From the NCBI GenBank assembly GCA_030141605.1, contig JAQGDQ010002384.1:280514-344513 (forward strand): DNA of 64,000 nt. Reading direction: 5' to 3'. Below the pieces are notes generated by a model. That model did not search any database, was not told the DNA's origin, and was given only the letters and a program-made list of their open reading frames with translations. The first letter of the stretch is position 1. Every line of letters starts with the position of its first letter. Below, in pieces: positions 54,264 to 64,000 of the stretch. Source of the stretch: Tubiluchus corallicola. Taxonomy: Eukaryota; Animalia; Priapulida. The position numbers and the translations under genes were made by a program.

Positions 54264-57200
54264 TCTAAATCATGGAATCGTACTTAATCTGATTGCTTTA
54301 TCACAGTGTTGCCATTCTGGTTGATAAAGATTATTGTTTTGGAGGCTAAAAATTATAGTATTTTCCACCATATTATCGCATTTTCATGCAAAATTCAAAA
54401 TTACTGTGTATTTGCAGCAAATTATTATTATCATTGTATAATTATGCATTTAATAAGTAACCATAACACCAAAAAGTACCATTAGCAAGTGTAAAATTAA
54501 GTTTATCAAAACACAATAGAATGTTGCTAATTCCTGCATGTGCAGAACGAAGCCTGATCGTTGTCATCATGGCCATTTGACAACTATGAATGGCCCCTTT
54601 AAACTGATTAACTGTAACTGCTTCCCTTTGAGGTAAACCATTCCACAGATCCTATGACTGATAAAAAATTTCGTAATATAAAATTTATTCTTTAATTTTT
54701 ACCGTTTGTTAAACTACTCTCTTTTGAAATTACTGCTGTTTTCTGAAAACTGTTACCACTAATTTGCAACCAGCATGGTTTGAACTACAACAAAATCAAA
54801 ATTTATTTACATTTCCACGGTAAGCAGTAATGTATTTTCATATCTAAATTATCCTGTAATTATCTGTTATCATACAGTCTGTTTTTTTGTATGGTATGAA
54901 GCATCAAATTATCGTATATTCGAATAAATTTCATATAAAAAGCAACCCTGTTTATCATTTTCATGTCAGGTAAGTGCTAGAAAATAGAACGAAGGTAGAC
55001 TGTAGCAGTGTGTAGTTAATATAAAAAAGAGTTCCTTTAAGGGAAAATAGAATGGTGTATAATGTTCTCTTATGATCAGTGATTATTTTATCATTTTTAT
55101 GTTTTTATTTAGAAATGCTCCTTTTAAGGGAAAATTAAAATAAGCTTTTAGCATGTAATGGACTGAGTGGAATTCTGAAATAGTGTTGTTCCCTATAATA
55201 ATTTTACAATTTTAGTCAAAGGATTATGTGCAGTTTTAATAGAAATATTATTTTATGTTCTATGCACTAAGTGGGATGGACGTTTTTGTTGTTGTTGATA
55301 TACACTATCTTTTCTCTATATACCAGCTAGAACTACACCACTATTGTTATGCATTTGGGAAGTTTTACTTATGGACCAAAGTTGACCTTGCCTTTTTTGC
55401 CCATTTCTGAAGTTAATTATTGTAGGTTTTATATTTTAGAATTTAAATGTGCCACATTGTTCCTTTATTAGGGTAGAGGATTGAGTAATATTTTATCAAT
55501 TGTGCCAAATAAATTATCTTGTTCTCGCTTAAAGCGGCTTAGGACTATAATAATGGTGGTTATATGCGCCATGCAGTTTCTATATTTGAATGAAAATACA
55601 GCATTATTTTGTTAATTGTGCCAAATGAGTTAATACGTTTCTGCTTAAAGTGGATTATCAAGTTACTGCTGTGTTATTTGATTACAGTAATTTTTGTGGC
55701 TTTATAAATCGTGGACCAAGTCCACATTAAGATGAAATTATATTTTTTGTAAACAGGATGAAACAGGATAGGAAATAAGTTAACAGGTTTCTGCTTAAAG
55801 CAGATTACCAAGTTACAGATGCACTAAGCTATACTTTTTGATTACAGTCATATTTATAGCTGTATAAATCGTGGATTGAATAATTAAAATGAAATTATTT
55901 TCGTTTCTTTAATGAGATTATTCTTGTTTATTTAAACTTTAACTATGTTTCTGTGTTACAATAAATGAACTCAAAGCAGAAAATGCAGTTCCTTATATGT
56001 TTAAATTCCTGGCAAGAATAAGGGGGCATTTTATAGTACAATTCTAATGTTGTATATGTTAGATATCATGAAGCAATATCAATTTATCAGAATAGCTCAT
56101 TGCCACACACTTAAGATTTCTGGAAGTCAGTGATCAAAAGTTATATTACTGCATATTTTATTTAATAAAAACTTTAATTTGCAAACAATATGCAGCCAGT
56201 AATATGCTAGAATCTTGCTTGTTTCTCTTGTCACATCAAACTCGCATGTACACAATCTCTAAGAACACTTAAATTGTTGCATGAGGTCTGTCTCAACAGT
56301 AAGAACAGCTACATGTGGGAGTTTTCTATATAATAGCTTACAATAACTGTACGATAAAATGATTTACTATTACCAGTTGACAGAGTACCACAATGTATAG
56401 AAATGAACAAGTGAACTCATAAGATATCATACTAAGTGCAGGTGATGCTACTCATTGTATAATAAATAAAAATTGGAAAAAGTCAAAAAGTTGATAAATC
56501 TTGTTGCTGTCTCATTTGATGTGACTTATCAAATGCACTTTCACTGTTTCCTTCATGCACTTTACTTAATCACAGCCTCTTTTTGTTGTTAGCTGATGTT
56601 ATTTTTCCGTAATTTGTTGTGATTTTTGTTATACAGTCATGCAATTTGTTTTGTTTTTTTACAGAAGAAGTGGTAGTTTGTTAACATTCTACTTTATTTA
56701 ATCTCATTTTAGGTGTCTGTTTATGTGCATAATACATATTTATGGTAAAGTTTTTTCGTATTAGGCTGCTTATTGACAAATAAGAGAAATGCTCACCTAC
56801 TATGCAAGCAATTATTTAAGTCTTGCTAAAATTAATAAATGAACAATCACAGCAATTTATCGTTAAAAAAATTAACATTGTTAATACTTTTGTGGTGTGT
56901 GGTGTCTGATATGAGAGTCGTCGTAAATACGCTGTCAACGCGTTGCCAAACGATCGGTTTTCCTGTTGAAGATATCCCGTTGTGGGATGTGTGAAAAAGT
57001 GGGATGCATCGTGAGGGATATTTTAAATTTGAGTGATATAAACAAAATTGGTAGGTTTGCAATACAGATAAGGCTGAACCTCTTACAGTCAGTTATGATA
57101 CCAGTGATTTATAATACAGAAACATGGAGTGAAGTAACAAAAGTAGAAATGGGTAGGATGGAAGAAATTCAGAAGGATATGTTACAAAAACTAGTATTAT

Positions 57201-59601
57201 CACAGAAGGTGTCAACTAGTTATAGGGGTATGCTAATAGAACATTGTACATAAGTATATGCTGTAGGTATACAGTTTGTACATATAAAGACTCTTAAAAA
57301 GTCAGCCTGGAAGAAACGTGTAAAAGAAAACGTAAAAAAATTATTAAAATTACTGCACATCACCAGATATACTCAAGAACTAAGTTAAGGTTCTTATCTT
57401 ATGAGCTGAGCATGATAAACCCAAGCAGTATATAACTGAGTTAACACTAGAACAGACAAAAAGGGTTTTAGAGATAAAGCTTAATATGCTACCACTAAAA
57501 TGTAATTATAGAAGTAAGTTTAAAGGAGATATATGGTGTCCGCTATGTGGTAAAGACAGAGGATCTATTCAGACGGTTATAAGAAATGTGCTACCAACTA
57601 CAGAAGTAAATTTCCAAAGTCTGATTGAGTCAGAAGATGCACAAATAGCAAAGCAGTAGGTGGAATTTGTTCAAATAGCAATGGAAACAAGAAAAAGAAG
57701 AGGTGTCGTGCTGGGAATTTAGCCAAAATAGTAACAGTCATAAATGGTTGATTAACATCAATGCTGATTACGTTACTTGTGTCTTGCGCGATAATATTCC
57801 TTTGTGCCTATCTAACCAGATAGAGTTAACACCGAGGAAACAACGAAACAACATGTGCTTACTGGAGAACCGCAACTGCAGCGACATGACATAGAGGAAG
57901 TTGAGGAACTGCAAGATGTAAAATGTACAACACTCATCGTATAGAAAAATATAATCTTAAAGTGAACAATACAAAGACCAAAGAATACGTTATACCCACT
58001 GCTAATTTAAACATCAACAATTCTTCCTAAATATCTTTTAATGACACAGATAAAGTCAAGGAATACATTATTTAAAAATGTGTATAGTTACCAGTCTCAT
58101 GAAGAAGTGAAACAGCTTTATACAAATTGGGCAAATTTTCCAGGATTTCAAACATGTGGTGTAGATGAAATTGATAAAATGCATCTGAATTGCATATTAA
58201 AAGAATTTTGTAATAAACTTAAATCAATGTACAGAAAACTATTTTTTACAAAGCTACATAATGATCCTAGACACAGTGATGGCAAAAACAAACTAAGATT
58301 TTATAGATATGTAAAAATCAGTAATGAATTAGAAGATTATTTCAAAATTATTTCTAATGAGAAACAGCGACAAATGATTACGAAATTACGTAACAGCGAA
58401 TATGACCTGGAAATAGAATGATTTAGATATCAAAATAAAAAAGGGCGTGAAAGGCTTTGTCAATACTGTCACAACAATAGCTCAAAATTAGTAGAAAACA
58501 AATTATATTACCTTTTTACTTGTCTTTTGTATAAAGATATTAGACAAAAATATGAGCATAAATATATCTTTGCAAAAAGGTAACATATACTCAGTAATGT
58601 GGTTTTTTTCTAATTGCAAACCCAGAAGACCTTATTCACTTTGGAAACTGCTTAAATGAATGTGATAAAAAAGGCAGTTATATCTTGGTGGTAATCTGTG
58701 AGTGCTGGATAAACCTTGTGCTGTGATTGTGTAATTTAATCTCGTTTGTGATTATATTAATTATTTAGGTTTTGTGTTTTTACTACTACTTTGTAGTTGT
58801 AGCATAAAGTTTTATTTCATAAGAGCACATAATTTCTTATTAGATTTAAGTAAGTTGTACAAACTCGTGGTTTTGCAATGTTGCATAATTGCATCTGTAT
58901 TTGTTGTTTTTCGTGTTTCTTGTACTTTGACTTTTTTGCAATTGTAATTTTTTGCCATGATACGCTATTGTATTTGTGCAATAGAACAAAATTGAAATTG
59001 AAGATGCGGTAATGATTCGTGGAAAAGATGTAAATAACTTGGTAACTTGTAAGACACCGATGCCCACATACAAAGAAGGAAAATTCTTAAATTGTCTGCT
59101 TATTCACATATCTCAATGATTTTTGATAACAATAGACTTTCTCTTGAAACCAGAGTCCGGATTCTTTCAACTTTAGTTGAATCTGTGTTTTTGTACACTG
59201 CTGAGCTATGGACAATAAAAGTTAAGCAACAGAAGGACAGTTGATGCTTTTCGAAGACGTCTCTATAGGAAATTACTCGCAATTAAATCGCCTGATAGAA
59301 TATCCAATGATGATCTGTATAATGCAGTCAAGAAGATTCCTGGTAGTAGACAAATACAAGTAAGAAAATTGCTTTGGATTGGGCACACACTAACAGTAAG
59401 ATTACCTCCTCTTCCTATGGTATTGCATAAAGCTCTTGAAACGACAAAAAACCAAGAGGCTGTCAACTAGGCTGACGTATTTAGGTTTTTGGTACAGATT
59501 TATGATCTAACATGTACATTAGGCAATTTGATACAGACATCATACTATATTCAAAATTTGTAGCTGCATATTTGCCATTAGTTTCTACTCAACAGACCAA
59601 G

Positions 59602-62600
59602 ATGACAAGTTTAAATAAGGGATGCACTTTGCCTTTATATGTGGTGGATGCTTTCACAAGCCAGGCATTTGCTGGAAATGCTGCTGCTGTATGTCTAGTG
59701 TCACACAATCAGGTAAATTAATGATGATCTGTCATTAACAAACTTTTCGTCTTAATTTGTTTTCAGCTATTTTTATTGCACTGTTCTTCACTGCAAATAA
59801 CTTGTGGTCCTGTAGCACAAACTCAGTCAATGTATGTGTCTTAATCGCACTCTTATTTATGTAAAGATATGAGTTTTTAACTACTAACTGATAATGTTTT
59901 TGTTATTTATTTATGTGATTAACTCAATGAATTAACTGTGTTACAATAAATAAATCATTATATTATAATATTTAAATCGCAGGCTTGCATAATAAAAATC
60001 ACTGGTTTATTTTTAGAAATATTGAAACAAATTTAACAAGTTAGTTGAAAACAAAAGTGTCCATTTAGTCACAGCTGAAATCAATTTGTAATCAATTAAA
60101 CTTATAACATCAGTCATAATAATGTCAGGATAATGGTGACTGTGCCTTTAAGTTATGTTTGTATTTGGATCTATTATAATAGTAGGTGTTTTTCATGAAG
60201 ATTTAGTATAATTTTAAGTGACAATTACAATGAGTATCAATGCAGAAAATGCATTTTGTTGTTGTTGTTGTTGTTGTTTCCGTTTCTACGGAGGCTTTGT
60301 AGTTTCTTTCTGCAATTCGAATAGATATTCTGAGTATTATTTGAACTGTACAAAACAGGAGATATGTTATATGTTCAAAATCTATTCCAAACAGTCCGAA
60401 GGCTGTGTTGTTTTTATTAGTTGAATTGTGGTGTAATCTGCATTTCTTGGGTTATATTATTAAATGGCTGTAGACATTGTGATGTATATAGTCATTCGGT
60501 TATTCTATTTTAGGTAATCGACGATGCAAAAATGCAAAAAATTGCTTTCGAAATGAACTTGTCGGAAACCTGTTTCATTGCACTGCCAACAGAAAACGAT
60601 TCGTTCAAGAATTCTTCCCGGTTTGGCCTGCGATGGTTTACCCCTGCCTGTGAAATCCAACTGTGTGGTCATGCCACTCTTGCTGCTGCCACGGTGCTTT
60701 TCTCTTGTGTTGGTAAGTTTGCTAAGCAGGACAGAAATGTAAATCTAGAAGCTGAACCTGAGTCAGTGCTACTACATCAGCTGACACTCACAGTAAATCA
60801 GCCAGCTGGAGTTCACCATTAAGAATGACAGATTTTGATTCTTATGTCCTGCAGCAACAATTTAGCGTTAGTTTGAATAGTTTTATTTGTGAACTGGCTT
60901 AAGTGATTCGACAGCACACCCCTTTATATGCCATATATCTCTCTATATCTCTCATATTTTATGTACTCACAATGTTAAAAAAAATCTCCTGGCTTATAAT
61001 CTGGCAACTCTAGCAATGGATTTATTGCAAATATAATTTAAATCCAACCCTTGGCAAGGCTTATCTGGATTACCAACAAATCAATACTAAAATACCAAAA
61101 TGATCCAATACGTGTGGCTAATGTTGCCTATTTGTGCATTTTATTTAATTTTGAATTGACTGCTTTCTCATTCAAATATTTCTGAAGTTTAGTATCTCTG
61201 CCAGCACACGTACAATATGACCGCATTGCGACCAGTGATTTCATCATCATCATAAGCCCGTTATGTCAATTGTAGACATTGGGCAGGCAGAACTCTAAAA
61301 TAAAAGAAATCTGCCCTCAAAACAGGTAAACACAGCAGTAATCTAGCAAAAAAACTGGACACTGCTATGCCAGTGACTTGTTCGCAAGAGCAAAAATCTT
61401 CACAGCTGGCAAAAATGTCAGCTACCTCGACTTCCGTCACCGAGCGGCTGGCACGACTAAAGCTGGGTTTCTTATCTGCTAGGTCGCCTGTAGAAATAAA
61501 CCGACTGGAGCTGAGCTGAAGCGGTATGGCTCTGGCTTCTATGTCGATCCCTTAAGTATTTTTCACGTTGTCTTGAAAATCAGGGAGTTTTTATTTGCCA
61601 ACCTAATACCAAACGAATTCACTGTGAATTTATTTGTGTGCTAATGCGTTTACTTCAAATAAGCTTCCATGCAGTTTTGCTTTTTTTCTTCTATTGTTTT
61701 TTTAGATTGTGTGCCTTTTTTGCATTTTAGGACTTAAAGCATTCCGCTGTTTTCAGTTCTCATCATATTTGGCATTTTCTTAGGAGACTGTCAGCTTTCC
61801 CTTCTTTTCATCTGCACTTTAAAAAATTGGAAAAGGAAAATAGTGCCTGTTAACCATATTCTAAACCATATTCTATTCCAATAATGAAATTACAATTAGG
61901 CATTGCAATATTTGATTGTATTGCTAATCCACTAATGCTACGATTAGGCTCTAAATATTTGTGAAATTGATAATCATTATGATAGGGGGGTCTGAAATTA
62001 AAAGGCAGCTAGTGAATATATCTACAGCTATGTAAATTATTACAGGTAACGAATTTACAGAGATTACATTTGATACGCTAAGTGGACCACTTGTTGCCAG
62101 AAAAAAAGAGGACAATTTTATTCTGCTAGATTTTCCTGCTAATCCAACTATTAGTGTTAACAAGGAAAATGTTAAAGATCTTTTAAAGGTACCTACTGTT
62201 TTGAATGACCTGTAAAACAAGTTTGCCTGGGTTTTTGTTGTAAGTAATTTTATCATTGAAGCTTTTAGCAGGTAGGTGGTTGACAGTTTGGAAGACATTC
62301 TGACGCCTTGGTATATTTATGTATTTTAGGAAATTTCCGGCGTTACTTGTTTTAACTGTGTGTGCTGGCCATGTTTTTCAAATGTATCATATGGGCTGTT
62401 TTTTTTTGGCCAATAGCTAAATTGCATCTTTGCACAGACTTTTTTGAAGGCATATTACTTAGTATTATCTTACTTGTATTACTTAGTATTACGCTTTCTT
62501 GCCTGCAATACTCATGTAAATAGAAAAGACACATTTTCTAGCTTTATGTAAGTAAAGGGCTTTCTTGCCTTTTATGACAATTTTTTGGTGTTTTAATTAA

Positions 62601-63519
62601 TCCTATTCAGTTTTCGAATTTGCCTGAAGAGGGGAGACAGCATGAGAGGAACATGGAAACTATTCAAAGGTGGGACGGGGGTGGGGGGGGGTGGGGGGTT
62701 ACAGTAATGGTGGCAGTGAAGCACTTGCTGTTACTTTAATGTTTCTTTTTACTGGCTGTTACACACACGTGCATGCACGCACGCGCACACACACACCCAC
62801 ACACACGCACTGTTACATAATATAGTAAAATATATCATATCACTCTTTTCGGTGATTCTAGATTGCATAGCACTCCTACAATAGGACTAGTTGAAGTTTA
62901 GCAAACAACTATCACAATTACTAACCTGACATTCTGTGCATTAAATTTAGAAATCCACAGATTAAAGATACGAGACAATGCCGCTATGATAAAACTAAGG
63001 GTGCATTCAGACTAGCGAGTTTTCTGTTGGGAGTTTTTCTCTAACACCAAACTTGCAAGTGTGAACTGCTTTGCGAGTTACTATCGACAAGTCATTGCAC
63101 ACTTTCAGACAGTTGCTACGAAATGATTTCCTGTTTAGTGTGAACAGTCTCAGCGAGTTACTCTTGACACGGCTCCCAGTGAATAGAGGAGGAGTATCAG
63201 CTGGTGCTTACTTCATGTTGGAGAATTTTGTTCTTTAGTCTGAACGTGCTTGCGAGTTACTTGGCGAGAAAATTTGTTAGTATGAATGCTTCATTACTCT
63301 CAAAAGCAGTGCGACAAAATATCAACATTCTTGCAACAGTCAAGTCATCTAAATTCTTCTTTGTAAAAAGTATTTTGGTCCGAACTTTAATACACTGTAG
63401 AATCTTATGTGAATGTTTTTTATAATACAGGTACTTGTTGGAGATTTACCTATTGTTGATGTGGAGTATGCTCCTGTTATACAACAAATGATTGTGTGTC
63501 TTCAAGATTCTGTGTCCAG
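59602..63519 (+). CDS. PBLD: PhzF/PBLD-family protein, copy 3, first four coding exons (continues beyond window)
   Basis: Exons 59602-59712, 60514-60712, 62046-62188, 63431-63519, apparently identical to copy 2. Confidence 0.92.
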
Positions 63520-64000
63520 GTGTGCATGTTGATAATTTTTTATTTGGTTTGTCGTGTGTCATTCGTTTTGCACTTTTCATTAGCTTTCATGTTATTATAC
63601 ATACTATAAAATTGCTGCAAATTGTACAAATCTGCAATTAATCTCTATTTCTATGAAGTGTGTTTGTGTATGTTTGTTTATTTGTTTGCTATAAAGTCCT
63701 GTTTTACTTATTTAACTTCAAATTTGGTCTATTAAGTTGCTAATACATCACACTCCCCATTGAATTATGGGATATGTACAGTTATGTGTAGAAATCAATT
63801 AACAAAAGCTGAAGACAGTCTACTTTTTAACTTTTGGCAGGAGCTCTACTTACATGAAAAAGAATTTAAAATACACTATGTTTCAGTCCATTGTTGGGTT
63901 CAAATTCTGATTGGATGAAAATTTTTCATTGTCTCATTCTTCATTCATTAGTCATTGATGTTATTATTGTTGTAAGTATAAGGCTTCATGTGTGTGTGTG

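Larger units (their letters stand above)
22952..64000 (+). repeat. Tandem segmental duplication, 3 units starting at ~22952, ~41493 and ~55918 (third incomplete)
   Basis: The block TTATTCTTGTTTATTTAAACTTTAACTA... begins each unit. Each unit carries the same old LINE remnant and PhzF-family gene. Identical ORFs recur at an offset of 14387 between units 2 and 3. Confidence 0.95.

Noticed and set aside
29422-63519. Recent horizontal transfer of a bacterial phenazine gene or a phenazine cluster
   Set aside because: The genes have six spliceosomal introns and resemble animal PBLD throughout; no other phz genes are present.

Overview
AT-rich, intron-rich animal (probably invertebrate) genomic DNA, not prokaryotic. 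All exon calls were made by manual translation and GT-AG inspection, with no database searches. (1) 5.7-19.6 kb: the 3' half of a calcineurin A catalytic-subunit gene (+ strand, 5' exons outside the window). It has two homologous, same-phase calmodulin-binding exons that cannot be joined in frame, so they look mutually exclusive, plus candidate 3-nt and 9-nt microexons. (2) ~23-64 kb: a head-to-tail tandem array of 14-19 kb units, each with a 7-exon PhzF/PBLD-family gene (two complete 296-aa copies, a third truncated by the window edge). Both complete copies have Cys in both pseudo-symmetric active-site motifs (LCGH and DPVCGS), the configuration of PLP-independent racemases/epimerases. Copy 1 has lost the PhzF catalytic Glu and has a private solo LTR just upstream. 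The remainder is mobile-element debris (nested LINEs, MITEs, a SINE, a THAP/P-element fragment) and micro/minisatellites.
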